Assembly (NCBI GenBank): GCA_964608275.1
Contig: CAZSNL010000006.1
Span: forward strand, 493-59,886
Length of the DNA: 59,394 bases
Source: an uncultured Hyphomicrobiales bacterium
Lineage (GTDB): Bacteria > Pseudomonadota > Alphaproteobacteria > Rhizobiales > CAZSNL01
Direction of reading: 5' to 3'
The translations under genes were made by a program, and so were the position numbers. Below are positions 1-10,199 of this stretch, one piece after another. The notes under the pieces were generated by a model, which did no database searches, was not told the DNA's origin, and worked only from the letters and a program-made list of their open reading frames with translations. Numbering within the stretch: position 1 is the first letter of the stretch; each line of letters opens with the position of its first letter.

Positions 1-657
1 GTAGATCCGCTGCAGCATCGGGTTGCGCGGGTCGCCGCGCCAGTAGGCGCCTGCAAGCTTGAGCAGCTTGAACGCGGTACCCACCTGCCCGGTCGACGTC
101 ATGTGCGGGCCACGGCACAGGTCGAACCACTCGCCCTGGCTGTAGATGCGTATCTCCTCGCCCTCGGGAATCGCGTCGACCAGCTCGACCTTGAACGTCT
201 CACCCTTTTCGGCGAACACGCGCTTGGCGGTCTCGCGGTCCCACACCTCCTTGGTGAACGGCTTGTCCTCGGCGATGATGCGGCGCATCTCCGCCTCAAT
301 CGCTTCGAGGTCCTCGGGCCGGAACGGCTCGTCGCGCGCGAAGTCGTAATAGAATCCGTTCTCGATCACGGGGCCGATGGTGACCTGGGTGTCGGGCCAC
401 AGCCGCTGCACCGCCTCTGCCATCACGTGGGCCGCGTCATGGCGAATGAGCTCCAGCGCGCGCGGGTCGTCGCGGGTCACGATCTCGACGGTGGCGTCAT
501 GCGGCACAGGATCGTGCAGGTCGGCCAGGCGGCCGTCGACGACCATCGCCACGGCCTTCCTGGCCAGCGACTTAGAAATCGACTCGGCAATGTCGGCACC
601 GGTCACCAGCGGCGGATACTCGCGCTTGGCGCCGTCAGGGAGAGTTACGGTGGTCAT
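1..657 (-). CDS. thrS: threonyl-tRNA synthetase, N-terminal part (runs off window start)
   Basis: Manual translation from ATG at 657: [14 protein letters not shown] (TGS domain), [43 protein letters not shown]; SD AAGGAG at 673-668. Not in the ORF track because it has no stop in the window. Confidence 0.97.
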   Translation of the reverse strand, partial: MTTVTLPDGAKREYPPLVTGADIAESISKSLARKAVAMVVDGRLADLHDPVPHDATVEIVTRDDPRALELIRHDAAHVMAEAVQRLWPDTQVTIGPVIENGFYYDFARDEPFRPEDLEAIEAEMRRIIAEDKPFTKEVWDRETAKRVFAEKGETFKVELVDAIPEGEEIRIYSQGEWFDLCRGPHMTSTGQVGTAFKLLKLAGAYWRGDPRNPMLQRIY

Positions 658-673
658 GGGAAGGTGTCTCCTT

Positions 674-703
674 GCTCACTCTCTGCATACCACGCAGGTA
701 AGC
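674..703 (-). promoter_or_regulatory. thrS leader hairpin with tRNA-Thr anticodon-like loop (candidate translational operator)
   Basis: Minus strand GCTTAC-CTGC-[GTGGTAT]-GCAG-AGA-GTGAGC, directly followed by SD AAGGAG. Confidence 0.6.
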
Positions 704-960
704 GGTTGCGGCCGGGCGCCGCGAACGCCCGATATCTGGCGGCTGTCGGCGGCAAAGTCAACGCATGCACGCACCCGGCCGCCTGTCGCGGTGCCATCCG
801 GCCGCATACCCTGGGTGTGACAATGATACAACGCGTGTTGCCAAACGTGCGCCAGAAGGCAGAAAGGGCTTCCGGTTAATTGACTGGAAACAAGGGCGTG
901 ACATGATCCGACACCAGAGGGAGCCGAATAGTCGGCTCTGGCAGACTGGGGATTTACAGC

Positions 961-1659
961 ATGATCAAGAGACTGCTCGGTCCGGCAGCCTGTGCGGCAG
1001 CGATGATCCTTTCCGGCACTCCGGCAACGACTGTCAGTGCGGCGGATTTCACACCTCCACCCGAACCCTACATCGAGGCCTATGTACCGAGCTGGTCCGG
1101 CTGCTACATCGGCGGCCACGGCGGCGGTGCCTGGTTCGACCATGATGGTAACCTCGACGGCGCTCCGGACGTGAGCATCGACGGCGACGGCGTGCTCTAC
1201 GGCGCCCTCGGCGGCTGCCAGTGGCAGAGCGGCAACCTCGTCTTCGGCATCGAGGGTGACGTCAGCTTCGGCGAAGTGGACGGCTCCTCCGGCGCCATCG
1301 ACGACTTCGACGTCGAACCGGTGGGAACGATTCGCGGCCGCCTCGGCATGCCTCTGTCCGACCGGCTGCTGCCGTTCGTGACGGTCGGCCTCGGCATCGC
1401 CGACGCCGACGCCCGCGCCACCGGCCTTGGCGTCGACAGCCAGACGCATCTTGGCCTCGTCGCCGGCGGCGGCATGGACTTCCGCATCACTGACAACATC
1501 AGCCTGCGCGGCGAGTTCCTGGCCCACTTCTACGGCGAAGAGGAATACGAATACGCCGGTGGCTTCACCGACAAGCATGACTTCGACCTGTTCGTCGCCC
1601 GGGGCGCCCTCGTCTGGCACTTCGGCTGCGGCACGCCGTTCTTCGGCGGCGCCTGCTAG
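961..1659 (+). CDS. Omp25/RopB-like outer-membrane beta-barrel protein
   Basis: Signal peptide; WSGxYIG, GNLVFGIEGD, GTIRGRLG and GGGMDF...SLRGEF motifs typical of the family. Confidence 0.88.
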   Translation: MIKRLLGPAACAAAMILSGTPATTVSAADFTPPPEPYIEAYVPSWSGCYIGGHGGGAWFDHDGNLDGAPDVSIDGDGVLYGALGGCQWQSGNLVFGIEGDVSFGEVDGSSGAIDDFDVEPVGTIRGRLGMPLSDRLLPFVTVGLGIADADARATGLGVDSQTHLGLVAGGGMDFRITDNISLRGEFLAHFYGEEEYEYAGGFTDKHDFDLFVARGALVWHFGCGTPFFGGAC

Positions 1660-1702
1660 GCACAGGCCGACCGTTCTTCGATCGGGCACGCCCGATACCT
1701 CC

Positions 1703-1735
1703 GGCACCCGGCCAGCGGCCGGGTGCCTTCTCTTT
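1703..1735 (+). terminator. intrinsic terminator after the omp gene
   Basis: GGCACCCGGCC-AGC-GGCCGGGTGCC followed by TTCTCTTT. Confidence 0.7.
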
Positions 1736-1958
1736 CGATCATGATAATGTCGCACGCCGCAGTGATGCGGACGGCGCTCCTCCACAGCGCGAAGCAGTGG
1801 CCGCCGTGCAGCCTCCGGGTCGGCATGCGCCTATCCACCGTCGTCAGCAGGCGGTCCCGCTCCATTCCCGCCATCTTTCGGGGTCAGGCTTGCCGTGGGT
1901 GGGGTGCGGTCGCGGAGGCGACGCCGCCTCCAGACGGACATGAGGAGTTGACGGTACG

Positions 1959-2381
1959 ATGCGCGTGATGGTTCTGGTGAAGGCGACCAAGGAATCCGAG
2001 GCGGGCGTGATGCCCTCGACCGAACTGCTCGAGGCGATGGGCCGCTTCAACGAGGCTCTCGCCGAAGCCGGCATCCTGGTGACGGGTGAGGGACTCAAGC
2101 CTTCCTCCGAAGGCAAGCGTGTCGCCTTCGACGGCGACGAGCGCCTCGTCATCGATGGCCCGTTCTACGGGACGTCAGACCTCGTCGCGGGCTTCTGGCT
2201 GTGGGAGGTCAAGGACATGGACGAGGCCGTCGAATGGGTGAAGCGTTGTCCGAACCCGATGCCCGGCCCCAGCGAGATCGAGATCCGCCCATTGTACGAG
2301 GCTGCCGATTTCGGCGATGCGCTCACGCCGGAACTCGCCGAGCGCGAGGAAACCCTGCGGGAGTCGCTGAACGGCGGCTGA
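1959..2381 (+). CDS. YciI/DGPF-family protein
   Basis: MRVMVLVKAT, GEGLKPSS, VIDGPF, GFWLWEVKDMDEAVEWVKRCP, EIEIRP; SD GAGGAG upstream. Confidence 0.9.
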   Translation: MRVMVLVKATKESEAGVMPSTELLEAMGRFNEALAEAGILVTGEGLKPSSEGKRVAFDGDERLVIDGPFYGTSDLVAGFWLWEVKDMDEAVEWVKRCPNPMPGPSEIEIRPLYEAADFGDALTPELAEREETLRESLNGG

Positions 2382-2550
2382 GCGCCCCGCCGGGCGGGTC
2401 AGGTTTCGGAGATGTGTTACACCGCTGCCGGTATCATGGTGAGTGGCGGAGTGCGGGGCCACCAGCGCCGGAATGTGCCGCTCTGATTGCCTGGCTGCGC
2501 TCGCAATGGCGATCGCGGATACAGCGACCAGGAGTGTCGATCCCGGACTT

Positions 2551-2688
2551 CGCCACCCCGGCGAAGCCCGGGGTCAGGTCACTGCAGCGTATTGACCCGG
2601 TGATGGATTGCGGCCGGCGGCGGACAAGTGCCGGGTATCCACGAAAGGCCGCACGACACCAGTTGGATGGCCGGGATACCCCGGCGTG
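2551..2688. repeat. two degenerate REP-like palindromic elements
   Basis: CGCCACCCCGGCGAAGCCCGGGGTC...TGGATTGCGGCC resembles the element at 55817; GTGCCGGGTATCCAC...TGGATGGCCGGGATACCCCGGC resembles the element at 4798. Confidence 0.55.
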
Positions 2689-3073
2689 CGCCAGCGTGAT
2701 GGGTCGGCGGCGCCCTCCGCCACCCCTTTCCCGATCAGCGCCCGGGACAGTCTGCAGCTGGCCAGCGATGCCCTCCGGCCCCGGCAAAGGGCGCAACAAT
2801 CCGCATCCTCTTACCCAAATGGGTATTTCGCACTTCCCCGCAATTCTATAAGAATTCGAGGCGCAAGGCGCATCTGGAGGGCTGGGGAAGCTCATCGCGT
2901 CACCATCACCCCAGGACCCGCCGTACGCGACGGACCGCCGTTACTTGCGCGAACGGCCATCGCGGAACGTCACTGAGATTGAGCCCTCGGGGAGACGGTG
3001 CCGGCGTTTCCCGATGTGATCGCTTCATGGCCGATCATGCGCCGCGGTAGCGCTGACCGGCGCACGATGGATT

Positions 3074-4708
3074 GTGAAAGGGCACGCATTGGCGATCAAT
3101 GTTCCGAACACCGGAAGCAATACGCTCGACGGTCTTCTGGAAGGCTCCAAGTGGAGCGGCTTCCAGTTCACCTACTCCGCCCCTGACGGTTTTCCCGCCC
3201 CGTTCAGCCGACCGCCTCAGCCATTCGGTCCGGGCGACTACGATTACGCCAACATCAAGGACTTCGAGCAGGCCGGACTGACGCTCCGGATTTTCTTCGA
3301 AGGCGTCCTGCTGAACCATGTTGCAGCGATCACTCCGCTGCAATTCTTTCATACGTCCCAGGTGGGCAAGCAGGATTACGAGGCCAATTTCCGCGTCGCC
3401 CACGCCACCTTCGTCAATGACAACAGCGGCGCGGGTTTCGATGGCGGCACCGCGCTTGGCATGTTTCCCAGTATGCCGAATGCCGGTGACACATGGTTCA
3501 ATTCCAACGGAATCTATGACAATCCCAAGCCCGGCACGTTTGCCGGCGCCACAGTGTTCCACGAAATCGGTCACACCCTCGGGCTGAAGCATCCGCACCA
3601 GGCCTTTGATGGCAAACCCAAGCTCGCCAAGCGGTACGACTCGATCGAATTCACGGTCATGAGTTATGCCAGTTACGTCGGCCAGGGCAGCGGCAATTAC
3701 GTTACCGAGGATGGCAATTACCCGCAGACCTACATGGTGCTCGACATCGCCGCGCTGCAATACCTCTACGGGGCCAACTTCAACTACAATTCCGGCAACA
3801 CGACCTACAAATGGGCGCCGAACAAGAAGGTCATCTTCGAGACCGTGTGGGATGGCGGCGGCGTCGATACCTACGACTTCAGCCGCTACAAGTCTAACCT
3901 CGACATCAGCCTCGCACCGGGCGACTTCTCCAATACTGGCAGCGGCCAGAACGCCCACCTCAACGGCGGCGAGTCCGGTGCCAAGATCTTCGCCCGCGGC
4001 AACATCTGGAACGCGCTCCAGTACGACAACGATCCGCGGTCGTTGATCGAAAACGCGATCGGCGGCTCGGGCAACGACAGGATCCTCGGCAACAAGGCGA
4101 AGAACACGCTGACGGGCAACGGCGGGCACGACCGGCTGCTCGGCGATGCGGGCAACGATGACCTGCGCGGCGGCGCCGGCAACGACAGCCTGTTCGGAGG
4201 CACCGGCAATGACAAGCTGAACGGAGGCGGCGGCAAGGACAACCTCACCGGCCAGGCCGGCAACGACAAGCTCGTGGGCGGCGCCGGCGACGACAAGCTG
4301 GTCGGCGGCGGCGGCCGGGACACGCTCGACGGCGGCGCCGGCAAGGACAACCTCAGCGGCGGCGGCGGCAACGACAAGCTCAGCGGCGGCGGCGGCAATG
4401 ACGTCCTGATCGGCGGCAGCGGCAACGACACCCTCGGCGGCGGCGCCGGCAACGACCGCCTCACCGGCAACGGCGGCAAGGACATCTTCGTGTTCGGCAA
4501 GGGTGGCGGCAACGACACCATCACGGACTATGCCGACGGCATCGACCGGATCGACCTGAGGGACTTCAACTTCAACAAGTTCGGCCAGATCAAGAACAAG
4601 GCCTCGATGGACCACGGCGACCTCGTGTTCAACTTCGGCAAGGACGGAACGCTGCTCGTCGATGACTTCAAGAAGGGCGACCTGAACGCCGCCGACATCC
4701 TGTTCTAG
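3074..4708 (+). CDS. serralysin-like M10B zinc metalloprotease with RTX Ca-binding repeats
   Basis: [12 protein letters not shown] zinc motif, FTVMSY Met-turn, [20 protein letters not shown], GGxGxD nonapeptides; GTG start is uncertain. Confidence 0.93.
   Translation: MKGHALAINVPNTGSNTLDGLLEGSKWSGFQFTYSAPDGFPAPFSRPPQPFGPGDYDYANIKDFEQAGLTLRIFFEGVLLNHVAAITPLQFFHTSQVGKQDYEANFRVAHATFVNDNSGAGFDGGTALGMFPSMPNAGDTWFNSNGIYDNPKPGTFAGATVFHEIGHTLGLKHPHQAFDGKPKLAKRYDSIEFTVMSYASYVGQGSGNYVTEDGNYPQTYMVLDIAALQYLYGANFNYNSGNTTYKWAPNKKVIFETVWDGGGVDTYDFSRYKSNLDISLAPGDFSNTGSGQNAHLNGGESGAKIFARGNIWNALQYDNDPRSLIENAIGGSGNDRILGNKAKNTLTGNGGHDRLLGDAGNDDLRGGAGNDSLFGGTGNDKLNGGGGKDNLTGQAGNDKLVGGAGDDKLVGGGGRDTLDGGAGKDNLSGGGGNDKLSGGGGNDVLIGGSGNDTLGGGAGNDRLTGNGGKDIFVFGKGGGNDTITDYADGIDRIDLRDFNFNKFGQIKNKASMDHGDLVFNFGKDGTLLVDDFKKGDLNAADILF
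4061..4492 (+). repeat. 16 consecutive RTX nonapeptide (27 bp) repeats inside the protease gene
   Basis: Counted from GGSGNDRIL to GNGGKDIFV. Confidence 0.9.
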
Positions 4709-4797
4709 GGACTGCCGCTGCCGCGTCGGACGGGATCAGGGAGAGAGCCGACCCGGGGAATGCGCGCGGCCTGGAACTGACCGATCCACCATTTCAT

Positions 4798-4880
4798 CGT
4801 CATGCCCGGCCTTGAGCCGGGCATTTGCCAAGGGCTGCGCGACGCCACGCAGATGGTCGGGGACGTGCCCGGCCTTGACG
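4798..4880. repeat. CGTC-tagged REP-like palindromic element
   Basis: CGTCATGCCCGGCCTTGAGCCGGGCAT...AGATGGTCGGGGACGTGCCCGGCCTTGACG: CGTC/GACG ends with internal palindromes. Confidence 0.7.
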
Positions 4881-5148
4881 GAGCGACGTGCGCGTTCGCG
4901 GTCGCCTCCGGATCGGCCGCGCATCCGGGGCGACATCTGTTCTCCGCGCTGTAGCGGCGCTTGCGTGCGACGCAATTGGAGTCACCCAGTTTTGGCCGCA
5001 AACTCGCGGTTCCATGCCCCCGCTGGCGGTGGCGGCACGAATCGTCCGGTGCCGCCGGCAGCTCGACTGCGGGGGTGCCTGGCGCAACGGCGCCGGGTCG
5101 TTCCCGCATTCGCCCAATCCGATCAATCCCGGGGGATCGACGACGATC

Positions 5149-6516
5149 ATGACGACAACGGTCATCAGCAATGCGACGCGCAACCTCGACCTGAACGCCC
5201 ACATGGAGGGGCTCGTATGGCGCTTTTCGTGGGACGCTTCGCGGCCGATCACCTGGCATCTGTCCGATGCCCTGCAAACGTGGAGCGCATGGGAGCGCAG
5301 CGCTTTCGAACTGGCGCTCGACACCTGGGCGAGCGTTGCCAACATCACCTTCGTCGAGGTCAACCACCCCAATCAGGCGAACCTCGTCGAAAAGATCGGC
5401 AATGCCGGCGGCTCGCTCGGCTGGCATGACTATCCCGACCGCTGGGACAACCGGTCGGACGGCCGCTACGATCCCAACGGGGATGGCTGGACGCCGGCGG
5501 GGCTGACCCCCGGCGGCTACGGTTTCATCACCCTCGTGCACGAGCTCGGCCACGCGCTCGGACTGGAGCACCCGCACGAGGGCGACAGGTTCCCCGGCGT
5601 TACCCGCGAGTTCGGCGACTACGGGGACAACAACCTGAACCAGGGCATCTTCACCACCATGTCCTACAACGACGGCTGGGACGCGGTGCAAAATCCGTAC
5701 GGCAAGGGCGTCATGACCTACGGCTACCAGGCCGGGCCGATGGCACTCGACATTGCCGCCGTGCAGCGGATCTACGGTGCCAACATGAACCATGCCACGG
5801 GCGACGACACCTACGTGCTGCCGGGCCGCAACGAACCCGGCACCTACTGGAAGGCAATCTGGGATGCCGGCGGAACCGACCAGATCGTGTATGGCGGCAA
5901 TCGCGACGCCATCATCGACCTCACCGCGGCAACGGCGGACAACTCGCCCACCGGCGGCGGCGTGCCAAGCTACGCCAAGGGCATCCTCGGCGGCTTCACG
6001 ATCGCCGAAGGCGTGGTGATCGAAAACGCGCGCGGCGGCGGCGGCGACGACGTCATTCGCGGCAACGATGCGGCCAACACACTAAAGGGCGGAGCGGGTG
6101 ACGACCGGCTCCTCGGCGCCGGCGGGCGCGATACGCTGCTCGGGCAACCGGGCGCCGACACGCTGTCCGGCGGTGGCGGCCACGACCGGCTGGTCGGCAA
6201 CGGCGGCGACGACGTCATCCGCGGCAACGGCGGCAAGGACCGGCTGAACGGCGGGAAAGGTGACGACATCCTGATCGGTGGTGCCGGCGCCGACGTTTTC
6301 ATTTTCCGCGCCGGTCATGGGTCCACGGACATCGTCGATTTCCGCGGTCCCGATGCCATCCGATTGATCGGGTTCGATTTTGCCGATGTTTCGGACGTGC
6401 TCGACCACGCAAGCGACCAAGGTGGACATACGGCTTTCGACTTCGGCGCCGACGGCCTCCTGACCGTCAGGAACATGCTCTCAAGCCAGTTCACCGACGG
6501 CGATTTCATTCTCTAG
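5149..6516 (+). CDS. second serralysin-like M10B metalloprotease with RTX repeats
   Basis: HELGHALGLEHP, FTTMSY, DIAAVQRIYG, IWDAGGTD, RTX repeats; ATG 5149 follows GGGGGA. Confidence 0.92.
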   Translation: MTTTVISNATRNLDLNAHMEGLVWRFSWDASRPITWHLSDALQTWSAWERSAFELALDTWASVANITFVEVNHPNQANLVEKIGNAGGSLGWHDYPDRWDNRSDGRYDPNGDGWTPAGLTPGGYGFITLVHELGHALGLEHPHEGDRFPGVTREFGDYGDNNLNQGIFTTMSYNDGWDAVQNPYGKGVMTYGYQAGPMALDIAAVQRIYGANMNHATGDDTYVLPGRNEPGTYWKAIWDAGGTDQIVYGGNRDAIIDLTAATADNSPTGGGVPSYAKGILGGFTIAEGVVIENARGGGGDDVIRGNDAANTLKGGAGDDRLLGAGGRDTLLGQPGADTLSGGGGHDRLVGNGGDDVIRGNGGKDRLNGGKGDDILIGGAGADVFIFRAGHGSTDIVDFRGPDAIRLIGFDFADVSDVLDHASDQGGHTAFDFGADGLLTVRNMLSSQFTDGDFIL

Positions 6517-6522
6517 GATCGT

Positions 6523-6774
6523 TCAGGGAACCGGATCGAACCCGCTACCGCCCCAGGGATGACAGCGCAGGACACGCCTGAACGCCAATCCGCCGCCGCG
6601 AAGCGCGCCGTGCCGCGCTATGGCCTGCTCCGCATATTCCGAGCACGTCGGCAGAAACCGGCAGGTGCGGCCGAGAAATGCTGACAGCGTATAGCGGTAG
6701 ACGAGGGTCACACCCCGGATCACGAGGCCGGCTGCGCGGTCGGTTGCGTCGGCAAGGATGCGAGCCGCGGTCAT
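6523..6774 (-). CDS. yidD: membrane protein insertion efficiency factor
   Basis: [11 protein letters not shown] and [14 protein letters not shown] motifs. Confidence 0.95.
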   Translation of the reverse strand: MTAARILADATDRAAGLVIRGVTLVYRYTLSAFLGRTCRFLPTCSEYAEQAIARHGALRGGGLAFRRVLRCHPWGGSGFDPVP

Positions 6775-7241
6775 GCCGTGGCCTCTTCGCCGGCGGCCGT
6801 CTGGGCCGCGTTGCGGCGATCCTCGATCTGGCCGATGGCATCGACGACGGCATCGAAGGTGAGCAGCGTCGAGGCGTGCCGCGCCTTGAATTCACGCACC
6901 GGCTCCAGAACTTCGAATTCCTTCCATTTTCCGTCGGGTGCAGCACCGCCCTCCTTCAGCATCGCGTACATGCGCTGGCGGAGGGCACGAAGCTCGCCGG
7001 CGGTCGCGCCGATGATGTTCCGTGCCATGATCGATGACGATGCCTGGCCCAGTGCGCAGGCCCTGACCTCGTGGGCAAACGCGACAACCGTGTCGCCGTC
7101 CATCTTGAGATCGACCGTCACCCTGCTGCCGCAAAGCCGCGAATGGGCAGTGGCCGTGGCGTCGGGATCGGGGAGCCGGCCGACCAACGGAATGTCGGCT
7201 GCAAACCGCAGTATCCGCTTGTTGTAAACGTCGTTCAGCAT
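6771..7241 (-). CDS. NifU/IscU-like Fe-S scaffold-domain protein
   Basis: [30 protein letters not shown]. Confidence 0.9.
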   Translation of the reverse strand: MLNDVYNKRILRFAADIPLVGRLPDPDATATAHSRLCGSRVTVDLKMDGDTVVAFAHEVRACALGQASSSIMARNIIGATAGELRALRQRMYAMLKEGGAAPDGKWKEFEVLEPVREFKARHASTLLTFDAVVDAIGQIEDRRNAAQTAAGEEATA

Positions 7242-7522
7242 GCTTGTTCCCGAGGTGCGGACGTGCAGGATCTACCCTATCACGCCCCGGAGCCAGCGGA
7301 GAATACCCGTCTCGCCGCTTGCTCCTTGATCACCCCCATCTTTACCCATATATGGAGCGAAACATATCGAGTGGAAGCGGGCGGGGCGCGGTTGCGGAGC
7401 CATTTTTTCGGCGTTGACTTTCTCCTGAGTGACGAGGTTTGTAGCCGCCCGTAACCGTTTGAGCGCACGTGGTGCAAGCGGTGCTTCAAGCAAGCGCAAA
7501 AGAACGGGGAATCCGAAACAGT

Positions 7523-8161
7523 ATGGATGCGATCATAAAGCAGATGCCGCAACGCGATGCGACCGTCGGACGCGGCCCCGAGGTTGTCCGCCCGACACGC
7601 GAAGAGGCCGAGAAGGCGGTTCGTACGCTCATCGCGTGGGCCGGTGACGATCCCGACCGCGAAGGCCTCAAGGATACCCCGCGTCGTGTCGTCGATGCGT
7701 ACAGCGAATTCTTCCGCGGCTATCACGAATGCCCGGTCGAGGCGCTTGCCAAGACGTTCGAGGACGTCGGCGGCTACGACGACATCGTAATGCTGCGTGA
7801 CATCGACGTGAACTCGCATTGCGAGCATCACATGATCCCGTTCGTGGGCAAGGCCCATGTCGCCTACTATCCGACCGACAAGGTGGTCGGCATCTCGAAG
7901 CTCGCCCGCGTCGTGGAGATCTTCGCCCGCCGTCTCCAGACCCAGGAGACGATGACCGCGCAGATCGCGGAAACCATCGACCAGGCCCTCAAGCCGCGCG
8001 GTGTGGCGGTGATGATCGAGGCGGTACACCAGTGCATGTCGCTGCGCGGCGTGCAGAAGCGTGACGTCGCCACGATCACGACCCAGTTCACCGGCGAGTT
8101 CAAGACGAACCCTGCCCTGCAGGCCCGCTTCGTCGAGCTCGTCCGCCAGCCCGGCAGCTGA
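7523..8161 (+). CDS. folE: GTP cyclohydrolase I
   Basis: [45 protein letters not shown]. Confidence 0.97.
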   Translation: MDAIIKQMPQRDATVGRGPEVVRPTREEAEKAVRTLIAWAGDDPDREGLKDTPRRVVDAYSEFFRGYHECPVEALAKTFEDVGGYDDIVMLRDIDVNSHCEHHMIPFVGKAHVAYYPTDKVVGISKLARVVEIFARRLQTQETMTAQIAETIDQALKPRGVAVMIEAVHQCMSLRGVQKRDVATITTQFTGEFKTNPALQARFVELVRQPGS

Positions 8162-8186
8162 CCGGACCCCGGAAGCCCCTGATTCC

Positions 8187-8666
8187 ATGTCCAACGGAGT
8201 GTTTGCCAAACGCACCAGCGTCGAGCAGGTAGAGGAAGGCGACCTTCTGGCACCGAAGTTCGACGCCGACGGCCTGCTCCCCGTGGTCACCACGGACGCC
8301 GCAACCGGCGATGTCCTGATGGTCGGCTACATGAACGCCGAGGCGCTGGCACGCACGATCGAAACCGGCGAAGCGCATTACTGGAGCCGTTCGCGGCAGA
8401 CCCTCTGGCACAAGGGCGCGACCAGCGGCCTCGTCCAGAAGGTGGTCGAATTGCGCATCGACGACGACCAGGATGCCGTCTGGCTGAAGGTCGAAGTCGC
8501 CGGATCCGGCGCCAGCTGCCATGTGGGTTACCGGTCGTGCTTCTACCGCGCCGTGCCGACCGGCACCCGGGTATCGCCTCAGCTCAGGCTGACCTTCACG
8601 GAGAGCGCCAAGACGTTCGATCCGGTGGAGGTCTACGGAGATGCACCCAACCCCACGAAGCTGTAA
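8187..8666 (+). CDS. hisI: phosphoribosyl-AMP cyclohydrolase
   Basis: [33 protein letters not shown]. Confidence 0.96.
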   Translation: MSNGVFAKRTSVEQVEEGDLLAPKFDADGLLPVVTTDAATGDVLMVGYMNAEALARTIETGEAHYWSRSRQTLWHKGATSGLVQKVVELRIDDDQDAVWLKVEVAGSGASCHVGYRSCFYRAVPTGTRVSPQLRLTFTESAKTFDPVEVYGDAPNPTKL

Positions 8667-8744
8667 TTCTTCCTGCAGACCGCGCCGGTCCGGGTTAGAT
8701 TAGAGACATTTACATTCGGCCATCGCGACGGTGCGGGAGTTTCG

Positions 8745-9746
8745 ATGCGCAGGAATTCGCTCAGCAGCGACATCAGTGTAGACAATACAGGCCCCGGCGA
8801 TGCGGGGCCCGCAGCGGCGGCGCGCCCGCGCATCGGGCTCGCGCTCGGCGCCGGCGCGGCGCGTGGCTGGGCACATATCGGCGTCATCAAGCGGCTTGTC
8901 GCTGCAGGCATTGTCCCCGACGTGGTCGCCGGGACGTCGATCGGTGCGTTGTGTGGCGGCTGCTACGTCGCCGGCAAGCTGCCGCAACTGGAGGAATTCG
9001 CCCGCGGCCTGACGCGGCGCCGGGTGTTCTCGCTGATGGACTTTTCGTGGCGCGGCAGCGGCCTCATTGCCGGCAACCGGCTGGCGCGCCTGCTCGAGAA
9101 CGAACTCGGCGACACGCGCATCGAGTCGCTCGACACGCCGTTCATCTGCATCGGGACGGAACTGAGGACCGGGCACGAGATCTGGCTCAAGGAAGGCATT
9201 CTGGCCGACGCCATCCGCGCCTCCTACGCGCTCCCCGGCATCTTCAAGCCGGTCCACTTCAACGACATGTGGCTGATCGACGGCGCGGTGGTGAACCCGG
9301 TCCCCGTTTCCGCCTGCCGGGCGCTGGGTGCCCGGGTCGTCATCGCCGTGAATCTCACGACAGACGTGTTCGGCGCCGGAACGGTCATCCAGGCGCCGAT
9401 ACTCAACCACGACGACAACAACTATGAACAGTCGCTGAGACAACCGATCGCTTCGGAGACCGCGCGCGCGGCCTACGTCCGCCAGTTCTTCGGACGCCCC
9501 GGCGGCAGCCCCGGCATCACGACGGTGCTGGTCGCCGCCTTCAACATCACACAGGACCGCCTCGCCCGGTCGCGGCTCGCCGGCGATCCGCCCGACATCA
9601 CGATCAACCCACGAAGCCCGGAAGTCGGCCTGTTCGACTTCGACAAGGCCGACGCCAGCATCCGTTCGGGCTGGGAGTCGACGGAACGCGTGCTCGCCGA
9701 CCTCGAACGCTCCATCGAGGTCCTGCGTCAGACAACGCCGGCCTGA
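8745..9746 (+). CDS. patatin-like phospholipase (RssA-like)
   Basis: LGAGAARGWAHIG, GTSIG nucleophile elbow, IDGAV. Confidence 0.92.
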   Translation: MRRNSLSSDISVDNTGPGDAGPAAAARPRIGLALGAGAARGWAHIGVIKRLVAAGIVPDVVAGTSIGALCGGCYVAGKLPQLEEFARGLTRRRVFSLMDFSWRGSGLIAGNRLARLLENELGDTRIESLDTPFICIGTELRTGHEIWLKEGILADAIRASYALPGIFKPVHFNDMWLIDGAVVNPVPVSACRALGARVVIAVNLTTDVFGAGTVIQAPILNHDDNNYEQSLRQPIASETARAAYVRQFFGRPGGSPGITTVLVAAFNITQDRLARSRLAGDPPDITINPRSPEVGLFDFDKADASIRSGWESTERVLADLERSIEVLRQTTPA

Positions 9747-9857
9747 TCCGCCACGCCCGCGGGCATGGCCCCGCAAGGTCTCCGACAATCAGCCGCATTG
9801 GCTGCCTTCGACATTCCGCCGCAACACGGCTATATCCGACATGTGGAGGTGCTCCGC

Positions 9858-10199
9858 ATGACATCGACGGTGGATTCGGTACTGGAAGAGGTGCGGGCGT
9901 GGCTCGACCAGGGCCGTAACGTCGCACTGGCGACGGTGGTGTCGACGTGGGGTTCGGCGCCGCGTCCGGTCGGGAGCCAGCTCGCAATCGACCAGGATGG
10001 AAACTTCATCGGCTCCGTATCCGGCGGCTGCGTCGAAGGCGCGGTGGTGACCGAGGCAATGGAGGTCCTGTCGACCGGCCGGCCGACCATGCTCGAGTTC
10101 GGGGTCTCGAACGAGACGGCATGGGAAGTCGGACTTGCCTGTGGCGGCACGATCCGCGTCTACGTCGAGCGGCTGGGCGATGAAGACAGAGACGCTTGA
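9858..10199 (+). CDS. xdhC: XdhC/CoxI family, N-terminal module
   Basis: ATVVSTWGSAPRPVGS, GSVSGGCVEG, GLACGG. Confidence 0.9.
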   Translation: MTSTVDSVLEEVRAWLDQGRNVALATVVSTWGSAPRPVGSQLAIDQDGNFIGSVSGGCVEGAVVTEAMEVLSTGRPTMLEFGVSNETAWEVGLACGGTIRVYVERLGDEDRDA

